From assembly GCA_035084275.1 (NCBI GenBank), contig CM068752.1, forward strand, positions 13,082,001 to 13,146,000: 64,000 nt of DNA, read 5' to 3'. The translations under genes were made by a program, and so were the position numbers. Positions 1 through 12,700 of this stretch are shown piece by piece. The notes under the pieces were generated by a model. That model saw only the letters and a program-made list of their open reading frames with translations. It made no database searches and had not been told where the DNA came from. Position 1 is the stretch's first letter; the number at the start of each line of letters is the position of its first letter. This DNA comes from Hydrolagus colliei (taxonomy: Eukaryota).

Positions 1-86
1 TGATTCCCCCATCCCCAACAAGCGAAAGCATTGTAAAGCAGCCAAACTAAATGAAGAAAGCTTTGTATCGTAACAGAAAGGTGAAT

Positions 87-575
87 CAACAACAACTTGC
101 TGTCCTTCAATATAGCACGCTTTATGTGGGGCAGTGTCTCAGAGCGCTTAACAGTGACAAAGCCTGGCAATGAGCTTGGGGAGGAAGGATGAGGTGACTA
201 TAAGCACGGTCAAAGAGGAAGGTCTTCTGTCATGATCTAAAAAGGGGGTGGGAGGGGGCAAGGCATTGGAGAGTTCCAAAGCTTTGGGTGTAAGTGGCTG
301 AAAGTGCAGCTGCTGATTCAGAAGGGACGAGCAGGTGGCTAGAGCCAGCCGATCGGAGGCAGCGGGTGGTGGAGTGCAGAGAAAGCAGGTCAGAAAGGTG
401 AGGAGGTGCCAGAGTGGTGAAGGGATTTATAGAGCAGTGCTAGGATTTTGAAAAGGATCTGTTCTCTGATAGTGAGCCAATGGAGCCTGGCGAGGACTGA
501 CGTGATGAAGGAATGAGCTTGTGGATAGTGGCGCTGCGGAGACTGATGAGTAGAGTATTGGAATAGTCGATCAGG
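87..575 (-). mobile_element. Old L2-like LINE 3' fragment
   Basis: (CAA)n tail plus degraded version of the L2 3' sequence seen elsewhere in the window. Confidence 0.55.
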
Positions 576-629
576 AGGTGACATCACATCTACATAAATT
601 CTAACAATCACTCTTTTATGATCAACCAG

Positions 630-771
630 CTGAGCCAGGGGAGCACTGCATGCAAAAGGAACAAACCCATCTCAGAATGCTGACAGGAAGTTTACTAAAC
701 AGCCAGAGTCAATGAAACCAGCAGGAGATGATTCAGAACAAATTACTTATTGCAATTTGCAGATAAAATAA
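630..771 (+). pseudogene. Siglec-like paralogue C: degenerate or frameshifted terminal cytoplasmic exon
   Basis: Inverted homologue of 18771-18968, with the same ctaac branch point and aaccag acceptor. The ancestral frame reads SQNADRKFTKQPESMKPAGDDSEQITYCNLQIK*. The phase-0 frame reads LSQGSTACKRNKPISEC* (stop at 681-683). Confidence 0.75.
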
Positions 772-2325
772 GCTTGAATAAAACAGGTTATTTTATGCTT
801 TCATGAAACTGATTATTTTCCATGATTAACTCCGATGGCAATGACTTGATTTGTTGCTGGCAGCAAAGTTACTGCTTACAGCGTTCCATTCTAATGATGA
901 TGATAGAAAAAAAGCTTTGCTTCTTTATAGCTTCTGTAATGTCAAAACACAATTAATAACAATATTAATCCTTGCATTTGATATAACGCTTTACATATCT
1001 TCTAGACATCTCAAAGCGCTTCACTGAATATTCTGTAAAGTGAAAGGACTATATTTTGTGCGCGAGAGAAAGGAGAAAGGAAAAATAAATGGTATTAAAA
1101 GATCTGGCATGATCTACTAGATAGCAACAACTTGCATTTATATAGAGCCCTCCATTACAGGGTAGTGACTCGGAATCCTGCTGAACCTATGGAACATTCA
1201 CTCTGAATGACGCACCTGTTTCTACTAACAGTGCACTTGATACAAAAGTCCCGAACATGTCAGAGCAGAGAATTTTGCATGGTGCCAAGATCAGTGACAT
1301 GCTTTTATTAATGTGGGTTGGGGTGGGGGCAGGGGGGTGGGGAGTGTGGTTGGGGAGGAGGGAATCCCTTTCCTGATCAGCAGAATGTCACCCTACCGAC
1401 TGAGTTAAGGAACAATAACATTGATGCTTGGCAAACAGCAGCCACCAGACTAACCACGGAGTAGCAACTTTGTTTATTGTACCTACATGGAGATATTGAG
1501 TCATTGGGAAAGGCATTGTTCACTTACACTGGAAAAAATGAAGGAAGCTCAAAAGAAGATATTACTCAAATCTATACAATTGCAAAGAAATGATAACTAA
1601 TGTTAACCATTAATGTGAGCAAGAAAGGAAATCATTTTTACATTACAACAGTTCTTAGCAGAAAATGTCATTTTAAAAAGCACTTTAATTAGCTAAATTA
1701 TTTCCGCTTTGATATAGTGACAATGCTTTTCGGTGTCTTTGTTGTATGATCGAATATATAACATTGACATTAAATATGTTTTACATGCAGATCATCATCC
1801 CATTTTTGATTGTGTTATTAATTTACTGCTTTAGTTCTTCTGCTTGGTGATTCAGCCATTTTTTGCTAATTCAAAGTAAAGTGGAGTTTTCCTCCTGGTT
1901 ATCCTGATTTATATTCATCCAAACTTTGCCATATTTAAATGAATAGCCTGTTGCTCTTCATAGTTCCGCCAATTTACAATTAATTGTCTGAAGTACTTTG
2001 GGCTTTGGAACGTCCTCCCAATGTGAAAGGTACCAAAAATCGTAGTTTGATGTTGGTGGGTAGATTTGGTATAGCGCAGTAATAAATACAAGGATTTCAC
2101 TTTGTTTGTGGGATGTGTTTGATGCAAGTTAGCTACCACTTTTGCTTATACAACAACTTCTTTCATTTACATTTCTAATAAAAATGTTGAGAAATTTGAT
2201 TTGCTTGTGAAATACACCGTATAGTATGAATAAAATGATTGTAGTTATAAATGAGTTTTGTATATTTATTAGACCTCAAAGTCTGTGTGGAACTATCCAA
2301 TATTCAGAGTCCAGCAGTGTACAGT
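772..2325 (+). other. 3' UTR and flank of paralogue C, an inverted segmental homologue of ~16905-18770 and ~43200-44824
   Basis: Colinear similarity blocks (e.g. gctttgcttctttatagcttctgtaatgtcaaaacac; tatatcaaagcgga; acactgctggactctgaa). AATAAA at 2229-2234 lies at the same position as minus-strand AATAAA at 17012-17017 and 43282-43287. Confidence 0.8.
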
Positions 2326-2519
2326 ACATTCAATGTAAACAACAACAAAATTTCATTTTTATAGCGCCTTTCATGTCGGGAGGACGTCCCAAGGTGCTGA
2401 AAAAGCCACACACAGTTAGCAAGGCATAGAGAGAGAGAGAGAGAGAGGGATGGATGCACACAGTTAGAGAGAGACCTCATAAAACATAAATTGGTCATAA
2501 ACCCTTCTCTATTCCAGCA

Positions 2520-2760
2520 AACACTTCAAGGGCACAAGTCAGCCATCCTTTGAATGAGATGTTAAACCAATGTCTCATTTGCCTGTTTAGGTGGATGTTA
2601 AAGATCCCATGGTACTATTCAAAAAGAGAAGAGAGTTTCTCCCGATGTCCTGGCCAACAATGTCCCAGCTAAAATTGGTCATTAACTCCATGGTTGTTTA
2701 CATTGCTGTGTGAAAATTGGCTGTCACATTTGTCCACAAAATACTCCACTTCACAATAGG
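2520..2760 (+). mobile_element. Deu-domain SINE fragment (SacSINE1/AmnSINE1-like)
   Basis: gatgttaaacc...aaagatcccatgg...tcctggccaa...aaaattggctg. Minus-strand relatives at ~4040-4200, ~6520-6630 and ~10090-10330. Confidence 0.6.
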
Positions 2761-2764
2761 TATC

Positions 2765-2838
2765 TTGCGAAGCAATTTAAGAACCCAGGTCCTCTTGCTT
2801 GCAAGGCGAGTGCTCTAACCACTGAGCTACAGGACTCC
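2765..2838 (-). mobile_element. tRNA-derived SINE head
   Basis: ggagtcctgtagctcagtggttagagcactcgcc (A box), same head as 36368. Confidence 0.65.
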
Positions 2839-3365
2839 AAAAGCTCTGAATCGGATTCTGAGGTAGTGCCTTTACACACGGGATGTGAATGACTTGCGGA
2901 ACATTAACATTAGCTAAATTCTCAACCACAAACCATATGTATTTGATCCAAAGCAATGAGATGGAGCTGAGGACCTGTATCTCCAGTGAGTGTCCTATAA
3001 TGGACATCCTGAGGAATGACACTGTCCTGAATCAGGAATATGATTAGGAGAAACTTGCATCGAGAAGAACAGATGGCTGCTCAGAATTGTAATTATCCAA
3101 GGAAATGATACCACCATGAATGTTCTACAGCAGGCGCTGTGCAGAGAGGAGCAATATTTAATGCAGGATCTTGGTAACGTAAGCCAGCGATAAAGCCATG
3201 TAAACCCATCAAACATTTGAATAAACAATATTCAATCTACACAGTTCAACAGCAGGCAGCTCTGGCCATCTTACACTGACTGATTGTCTCACAAGTCCAC
3301 TTAGTTACAGTTTGAATATCATTCCTCTTTGAATAAATAAACTTTCAAAGGAACAGAAATCACCT

Positions 3366-3371
3366 TTTATT
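3366..3371 (-). terminator. Candidate polyadenylation signal of the ARL3-like gene
   Basis: AATAAA on the minus strand about 330 nt after the stop codon. Confidence 0.45.
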
Positions 3372-3698
3372 TTTACAAATATTAGATGATAGAAAATGAT
3401 TCCAGCAATCGAGGTGTTAAAGTGTGTTCTCACCCAATGTGGTAGTGGGTGTTTTTCCGGCTCAGTGGGTGTTTCTGGGTCATTGGATGTCTTTGAGGGT
3501 TTGTGGGGGGAGGGGATGGGATGTCTGGGTAAGTTTGGTGGTGGGGAGGGTGGGAGATCTGAGAGTGTGTTCCTGAATATGGATGTGATTGATTAGGGAG
3601 CCTGAGGAAATAGGGTGTATCTGGGGGTGTTTGGGGGTATGCTGTGTATTTGTTTGAGGTCTGGATCTGATCGAAGTAATGGGATCATGATCTCCAGC

Positions 3699-3746
3699 TT
3701 ATCTCTTCTTGGCTGCCATGTTGCTGCAGATCCAATTCATGCCATC
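3699..3746 (-). CDS. arl3l: ARL3-like exon 6 coding part ([15 protein letters not shown])
   Basis: ttttcag acceptor, ARL3-type C-terminus, TAA at 3699-3701. Confidence 0.94.
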   Translation of the reverse strand, partial: DGMNWICSNMAAKKR

Positions 3747-6700
3747 CTGAAAACAGAGACACAGTCAAAGCCTCGCTACTCAGCCAGGCCAAGCACTCGA
3801 ACTAAGCAATAAACCCAGAAAGGGGCAGCATGGGATAGTCAGCATGGGATAGTCAGACTGTCTACATTCACACTCACCCTTTGAGACATTTAAGCACTTA
3901 CTAGTGTTCAGCAGAAATAATAATTAATATTTTTTGCATTTGATGTAGGGCCTTTCATGTTAGGAGGATGGAAGTAAAACAATACTTCACAGCAATTGTT
4001 GTCATTGTATATTTTGTTCCGGCCATGAAACAAATAACCAATTTTATTTGGGGATTGCTTGCCAGGACTCCGTGAGAAATTTCCTTCTCTTTTCGAATAG
4101 TGCCATGGGTTCTTTAATGAACAATCACCTGAACAGGCAGATGAGACCTCGGTTTTAATGTCTCATCTGAAGGGTGACACCTCTGCAGTGCACAAAGCCT
4201 AGCACTTAGACTAAGTGAGTTCAAGTCCCACAAACAGCTTTGAAAGGAGACCCTGGTTTAACATTCAATTGTGAAGCATGGCACCCTCAGTAAGGCAGCA
4301 CTCCCCATTACTGTACACTACTGGAATGTAATCCTTGATCATGTTCATTAAACCAGCATTCGCCTACTAAACATACAGTTTCTGCACTTTACATTATATC
4401 CTGTGAAGCGTTTGGGGACATCCTCCCAATGTGACAGGTGTAATACCTGGAAGACCATAACAAGATTAGGCAGAGTCAGCAAGGCTTTACAAAAGGGAAG
4501 TCATGCTTAACTAATCTTTGAGAGTTTTTTGAGGATGTATCTAGCAGGTTGGATAGGGGGGAACCAGTAGATGTGGTATAATTAGATTTTAAGAAGGCAT
4601 TTGATAATGTGCCACACAAAAGGCTATTGCACAAAGTCAAGGCCCACGGGATTAATGGGAACATATTAGCATGGATAGATGAGTGGCTAACAGGTAGAAA
4701 ACAGAGTAGGGATAAACAGGTCATTCTCAAATTAGCAGGATGTAACTAGTGGAGTGCCACAAGGATCAGTGCTTGGGCCTCAGCTATTTACAATTTACAT
4801 CAATGATCTAGACAGGGACATTGAATGTAACGTGTCTAAATTCACGGATGATACTAAACTAGGTAGGAGAGTGAGCTGTGAGGATGATGCAAAAAGATTG
4901 CAACGGGATATAGATAGGCTAGGGGAGTGGGCGAGTAGGTGGCAGATGGAGTTTAATGTGGGGAAGTGTGAAATTATTCACCTAAGTAGCAAAAATAAAA
5001 AAATGAATTGTTTTCTAGATGGGGAGAGGTTAGATAGTGTTAGTGTACAAAGGGATTTGGGTGTCCTTGTACACAAGTCTCAAAAAGTTAGTTTGCAGGT
5101 GCAGGAAGCAACTAAGAAGGCAAACAGCGTGTTAGCGTTCATTGCAAAAGGTTTAGAGTATAAGAGTAGGGAAGTCTTGCTGCAACTGTATAGGGTTCTG
5201 GTGAGACCCCACCTCGAGTATTGTGTGCAGTTTTGGTCTCCTTATTTAATAAAGGACATACTTGCCTTAGAGGGGATGCAGTGTAGATTCACTAGAATAG
5301 TTCCTGGGATGAAAGGACTGACCTATGAGGATAGGTTGAATAAACTAGGGCTGTATTCTCTAGAGTACAGAAGAATTAGGGGAGATCTTATTGAAACATA
5401 TAAGATTCTTAAAGGCCTGGATAAAGTAGACAGTGAGGGACTGTTTCCCCTGGTAGGAGAATCTTTAACCAGGGTTCATAATCTTAAAATTAAGGGTCAA
5501 CCTTTTAGAACAGAATTGAGAAAACATTTCTTCACTCAGAGGGTAGTGAATTTATGGAATTCACTACCTTAGATGCTCAGTCCTTGAACATTTTCAAGGC
5601 TGAGACTTTTTAAAAACAGAGGGATTAGGAGATATGGGGTTAGGGCAGGTAATTAGAGTTAGGTCAGAAGATCAGCCATGATCTTATCAAATGGCGGGGC
5701 AGGCTCAAGGGGCCGAATGGCCTACTCCTGCTCCTAATTCTAAAAAAAATACCGTACTACACTAAATGTAAGGATTATTATTAACTCAGTAATACAGCTT
5801 AAACTCCAGCAATACCTCTGCCACACTTTGGCTCTTGGCAACCAGTACTTACAGTTTCTGGGATCATGTAGGCAGGATGTATTCCCTCTGGGGAGAGAAT
5901 GTACACTCCAAACCAGATCAATGGCACAATAATGGCACGAGCGAAGGATAGAAATTAGATAGTTAGTGAGCTCTTTACCTGCACCCCTTCACCAGACAGC
6001 GCGGAGCAGGCCTGTATTTGCCAAGCTCGGTCGCGGTATGTGTGCAGGTTAAGCCCCTCTGCGATGTCGGCAGCTGGAGCTGCTGTGAGCAGGTCCTGCT
6101 TATTGGCAAAGATGAGGACCGGCACTCCGATCAGCTTCTCCTCCTCTATCAGCTCTGCCAGCTCCTGAGAACCAACAGGTAACAATCCAGCCCCATCGTT
6201 ACACACAGGCTTTCACTTAAAGTAACCCGTGAAAACACATGCTTTACAACAACAACAGCTTGCCTTTACATAGCCTTTATATAGCGCCCTTCTCGTAGCA
6301 TCCCAAAGCTCTTGTTTATACAGCTCTGATAGTGCGCATTCTCTTTCTCAGTTACCCCCACCTCCCCGCCACCGAAATAGATGGAATAATAATCTTTCCA
6401 TTTGATGTATCCCCTTATCACTTTATCTAATTGTCTCTAAGCGTTCCACATTAGTAATTAAAGTAAGTGAAAACCAGATTATATTACTCCACTATTCTTC
6501 CAAAGATGCTGACACTCCAGGTTCACCTGATCAGGCAGATGGGACCCGAGTTTAAAGTCTCATCTGAAGTACAGCATCTCTGTCAATGCAACATACCCCC
6601 AGCTCAGAGGTGAGAGTGCTACCACTGCACCAGGCTGAGAGAGTGGGAGATAAGTGGGAGATAAGTGGGAGATAAGGTTCTGTGTGCTGGTGGGAGTTCT

Positions 6701-9700
6701 TTTACCTGTCCTGTTTCTTCAAATCGCTTCTTGTCGGCACTGTCTATGACATAAATCTGTGACGGAGTAGAAAAAATGTAAAACTTTATGGGAGATTCAT
6801 TGAAAACAAAAGTGAATTTGTGTTTATTAGTGTGAATGTTGCTAATGGGAAACATCCCCGTTTCAGGCACCAGTGTCAGCACCCAGCACACGGTCACAAG
6901 GTGGGTCTGGATGAAGATCCCCATTTGATCTCATCCCTTCAGAGCACCCATCCTACCATTCCCCCATTACTGCATCAACAGCAACAACAACAGCTCAATT
7001 ACATTTCTAGAGCGCCTCTCATGTCAACAAGACGTTCCAAGGTGCTAAACAGTCATGGTCAGGACCTGAGCATGTGGGAGGGGAGGGGCAGGTCTGAGAT
7101 GAGGGAGGGGAGAGAGATGTGGGGTGCTGAAGGTAGGTCTTGAGTCGAGCCTTGAAGGAGGCAAGGGAGGGAGCAAAGCGGAGGGATTGTGGGATAAAGT
7201 TCCAAACAGTGGGAGCAGAGACGCTGAAAGCCCGGCCACCGATGCATCAAGCTGATTTTGAAATGTTTCCTGTGACCTGGCCTCTACCACATTTTGCAGC
7301 AACCTGTTCCAGTCATTGATTTTCTTCGCCGTAAAGAAAACTTTCTGTTTTCAGTCCTAACATTGCCCTCGACAACTCCAAACCTATGTACTTGTTCTAC
7401 ATTCTTGATATATTCTAAAGCATTGATCTGGGTTTACTGTCTCAATACCATTTTAAATTTTGTACATCTCTATGAGGTGAGGTTCCCCTCTGAGCTGTCT
7501 TCTCTCAAGATTGAAGAGCCTTAGCTCATCTGATTGTTGCCCGTAGCTCATTCCTCTAACATCCTGATCATCTTTGGTGCTATCTTCTGCACTGCCTCTG
7601 GGGCCTAGGCAGCTCTACAAGTGTAATTTTGTTGTTGTTCTTGTAACCATGGTAATCTGGGGTCTTCAAATCCTGGTCATTCAATATATGAGTGACAAGA
7701 AGGATCCCAGTATGGACGCCTGAGACACCCGGTTTAGCACATTTCCCTTCTAACCTGACTCCCCTAACAAAGGCTCTCTGCTTCCTTCCCTTCAGTAAAT
7801 TCTGAATCCATGTCTTAGCTTTGATAGCTAATGACCACAGTTATGGAGAAGTTTTTCATGAGATGCTTTGTTCAATTTTGCACTTTGCCGTTTGGAAGTA
7901 TATATTTGTATGGCTTCCCACAGTCAATTTGGGCTGTCACCTCCTCAAACAAGTCTATAAGAGTGGTCAAGTAATCTGAACCCTTTCTGAACCCGTGTTA
8001 GCTGTAAAAACTCCCAAGTCAGCCAACTGCCCAGATTAGTGCCACGTAAAAACACCCTCTACACTGTCCCATCCAGCACAGTACAGCATGGGTTTTGATA
8101 CAGAGTAAAGTGTGAAAGACCAACTATTCACTATCCTGGTTGGGGGACAGGGAAGAAGAGGGTCTCCTTGGAGCTGGACTAACTGCAAAGTGACAGCATT
8201 GGAAAAACAATTGGCAAACACTGGTCAGTCAATTGCAAGCTATGGGTTTAGCTCACCAAGTGCTCCAAATGTTACCTTATGTGAAGGGTATTATATAAAT
8301 TCAAATTGTTCATCTCCAGCAGTAGAGATTAACTTGCCTTGGCTGTTGTGAATCTGCGCCTAATATTCATCATAATTAGATAAGTTGGGTGTGTGTCCCA
8401 AGGATCATCCCCGGGGTCTTATTTTACATTAGGCTTGTGGAAATTTCCATATGTAAGTGACTGGTTCACTACCTGTAAGCATTGTGATAGGTTTCCACAT
8501 GTGTCAGACATCTGGCTGACTAAAAAGTGAACAAAGTAGGACTCCAGCTATACTGTCCCATCCAGAACTCCTTTGTCAGACACGGCACTTGTTAAATGCA
8601 GAGAGAAGTTCCATCTACACAGTCCTGCTCAATACCCAAGTCACGTTCTTATAATGGCTTATGAATAATCAATTTTTTTGTAACAGAGATGCTGTCAGAT
8701 CAATGAGACATCACCAGCAAATTTGTGCTCTCTAAGTAGTTCCTCCAATACTGGCGGATCTTCCTCTGCCCTCCAATGTCCCAGAGATTAAGTTTCAGGC
8801 CATGGGCTTGAACACTTTTGATATTGAAGCCCTGAAGGATAAAAAGGAAATAACGGCAACTTAGTGTAAACGGTAATCACAATTCAAGGTGCACACCCAC
8901 GCCTGAAAGGCAACACAGAGGAGATTTGTTGTTGCAATCTGCAGACATCAGAGGAGACATTTTGTAATGCCTCTTCATCCTTCTCACACTAGTCCTCAGT
9001 GCTGGAAGGATAAAATAGATAGAGAACAGGGAACCTAGTTATTTAATTTATAAAATACTAAATAGCATAGAGAAGGTAAACCCCAAACAACATGATCAGC
9101 TACACCACCCAGTAGGAAGAAGGCAGAAGTGTTTAGTGTTGTGAATATATATTTTAGGACATACTCCAGAATCAATGCTAATAGTTACTTGTCGCTTTCT
9201 AACCAGCTTTTGTGCTTACCAAAATGCCCATAATATTATTAAACTCATTCTCTTTTATTTTTTCCCCGTTTCTTTCATTCTCTGTCTTCCTCTTGCACTC
9301 TTTCTCCTCGCCGTTCTTCCTCTTACCTGGGTTGGTGTAATGGTATTGATGTCTTCTGAGGCTAATTGTTTTAGCAGCGTTGTTTTCCCCGCATTATCTA
9401 GACCAAGAAGCAGGATCCGCAACTCCTGCTCCTGAGAACCTTTCAGTTTTTGCAGCATAGAGAGCAAACCCTGGATAGAGAGGGAGAGAGAGAGAGAGAG
9501 AGACAATGAGGGAGAATGAACGAGAGCAAGAGTGAGGGTGAGAGCTTGAGAGAGAGAGAGAGAGAGAGAGAGACAAAGAGAGAATGAATCAGAGAGTATG
9601 AGAGAGACTAGAAACAATGAGAGACAGAGAGAGAAATAGTGAGAGGGAAAGTTTAGAAATTGAGGATCAAGGAGTGGAGCCTGTGTCTTCTTAAAATTGT

Positions 9701-12700
9701 GACTTGCATGGTTGTAAGACAGGCACAGGCATTGAACCCAGTTGCCTGCACTTCTCAGTGGTCACCTTAGTTGTTGTTATGGGTTCCTCGCTGGAGAAAT
9801 TAAACCCATGTGTTGTTATAGCTGAGAGTCTCTGTTTGTGTTTATTCCTACCTGGGTTGGGGTAGGGGTGGGGGTTCACATTGCAGCATAATGAGATCTT
9901 TAATGCCCATCTTTAATGAGCAAGCAGAGGACACTGGTTTAATGCTTCATCCAAAGGACAATAACTCCAACAGGGTAGCACTGTTCAGTTCTGTGTTGGC
10001 ATCTCAGTCCATAACAATTAACCTTTCATTTGATAGCATCTTTCATGGCAGGGGACGTCTTAAAATGCTTCACGGAGTCTATTGTACACTGTAAAGTGCA
10101 CTGGCAAAATTGTAGGCGAACATGAGACCTAATTTGTGCACAGCAATGTTCCACAAACAGCAATGAAGTGATTGATCAATTTCATTTGAGGGATTGTTGG
10201 CCAGAACACCGAGGGAACCTCCGTTCCCCTTTTCAACAGCGCCACAGAATCCACCTGAACAAGGCAAACATCCCAGGATCTTAGTTTAAAATCTCATTTG
10301 AAGGACACTGCATCAAACAATACTACACAACCAACACAACAATGTGGTTGTCATCACAAACTAGATTAGCTCAAAGTTCTAACATGGGGCTTGAATTTAC
10401 AATCTTCTGACTAAGAGACACATCATTTAGCTTTAATACCTCTTGACTAGAAATGGAAAATCAGCCAGGATTCCCCATCCTGATCACTTTCCAGCAAATG
10501 CTACTGAAACAGGTGTTTGTGTAGATGTCAGTTGAGGATAAATCAGGGTTTATTGCCCCATTATAGTAATGGTATCTCTTTAAGATCTCACTTGATCAGC
10601 TCAACAGACACCTGTTAATGCCTTGGTGCAGAGATACAGCAAAAGCCAAAAATCTTCAGCGGAGAAAGAGGAAAGAAACCTGGATATGTGTTAAATCAAA
10701 GTTCATTCTATACAATATATTGACTGTTATTCTCAGTTTTGACAGGTCAACTTGCTACTTCATCTCTGTTAGCTCCGGAACTCTGAGAATGGGTTTGTGT
10801 GGTCACATTTCTGGCTGTTGATAATAATAATAATAATACTTGCATTTGGTATAATGCCTTATTACATCTTCGAGATCTTCATAGAATACACTCTAATGTG
10901 AACTGAGTCATCAGAGAACAGCTCAGATTCACCGACGAAGGCACCCTTTACATGTAATTTCTTGTTGGCATCTCCTTTCGTTACTTACCTTGCTGAATTG
11001 AACTGTTCATTTGGTTAAAAGTCATCACCTGACCAGCCAATTGAATTTAGAAAGGGTTTGAATGCTCTCTTGCCATAGTTATGGAGTTATTGGGGGAAGG
11101 GAAAAGAGCAGTCATGTGATGAAGACTTCAGCATATAAGGTAGAGAGAAATAAACAAAGTCTCAGACAAACACATTAGAATACATTAAAAGATATTAAAA
11201 TATACAGCACAGGAACATACCATTCGGCCCAAATGGTCTATGCCGGCATTTATGCTCCACTTGAGCCTCCGCCTGGCCTTCCTCAACTAAGGCTACAAGC
11301 ATAATCTTCTATTCCTTTCTCCCTCATGTATCTATCTAGCTTCCCCTTAAATACATCTATGTTATTTTCCTCAACAACGCCTTGTGGTAGCAAGTTCCCC
11401 ATTCCCACTACTCTCTGCATAAATACATTTCTTCTAACTTCCCCATATGATCTACTTATATGACTATTTTATATTGTTATTATATTAGCTCCCAGTTTTG
11501 GTCTCCCCCTCAAGCGGAAACATCTTCCTTATGTCTACCCTATAAAAACCTTTCACAATTTTAAAGACCCCTATCGGGTCACCCCTTACTCTCCTCAAGA
11601 GAAAATAATCTAAGCTTGTTCAGGCTTTCCTGATATGTATAACCCCTCAGTTCTGGGATCATCAGCGTGAATCTCTTTTATACTTTCTCCAGTTCCTCCG
11701 TATCCTTTCTACAATGTGGTGACCAAAACTGCACACAGTATTCTAAGTGTGGCCTAACCAAGGTTCTTTAAATGTTTACCATAATTTTCCTGCTTTTCGT
11801 TTCTATCCCACTAGATAAGAACCCCAACGCCTGGTTTGCTTTTTTTAATGGCATTAATCTGTGTTGCTACTTTAGTGAACTGTGTATATGTACCCCTAGA
11901 TCCCTTTGCTCCTCTAACCCACTTAGGTTTTTATTTTCCGGGATGTATATACATGACTTCCTTATTCCTCCTACCAAAATGTACCACCTTACACTTTTCT
12001 ACATTGAAATGCAACTGCCATTTAAATGTCCATTCAACAAGTTTATTGATATTTTGCTGATATCACCTCTTGGCTGGACTATTCCAATTCCCTCCTCGCC
12101 GGTCTCCCCTCCTCCACAATCCAGAGTCCAGCTGATTCAGAACTCTGCCACCCACGTTCTCACCCACACCAAACTTCGCTCCCCCATTATCCCAGTCCTT
12201 GCCAGACTTCACTGGCTCCCTGTCCCTGAGAGGATCGATTTCAAGATCCTCACCCTCGTCTTCAAATCCCTCCACTCCTCTGAACCCCCCTACCTCTTTG
12301 ACCTCCTCTCTCCTCAAACCATCACCAGTTGCCTTCGCTCCACCGGGTCTGGCCTCCTCCATGTCCCCCGAATCCTCCGCTCCACCCTTGGCGGCCGTGC
12401 CTTCAGCCACTATGACCCGAGGCTCTGGAATTCCCTTCCTCACTCCCTTCGCCTCGCCCCCTGTCTTCCCAGCTTCAGGTCCCAGCTGAAGACCTTTCTC
12501 TTCGACCGCCTTTGGTCACCTTTCTCCCCCTGCCTCTGGCTCGGTCCCGGGATCCACTATTGTGAAGCGTTCTGAGATACCTTCCGGTGTGGAGGGCGCT
12601 ATATAAATTGAAGTTGATGTTGTTGCTATCATTTGTTGCAGTTTTCCTCTGTATTCACTACTCCCCCCCACCAGTTGGTGTCATCTGTTAAATTTAAAAT

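Noticed and set aside
6642-6676. Three copies of agtgggagata(a), GATA-like
   Set aside because: An 11-bp slippage repeat beside a SINE end, with no evidence of function.
11772-12575. 267-aa plus-strand ORF
   Set aside because: It is a chance fusion of antisense CR1 sequence and an L2 RT C-terminal fragment. The ORFs at 21431-22189, 37131-37691 and 62685-63236 are likewise L2-derived.
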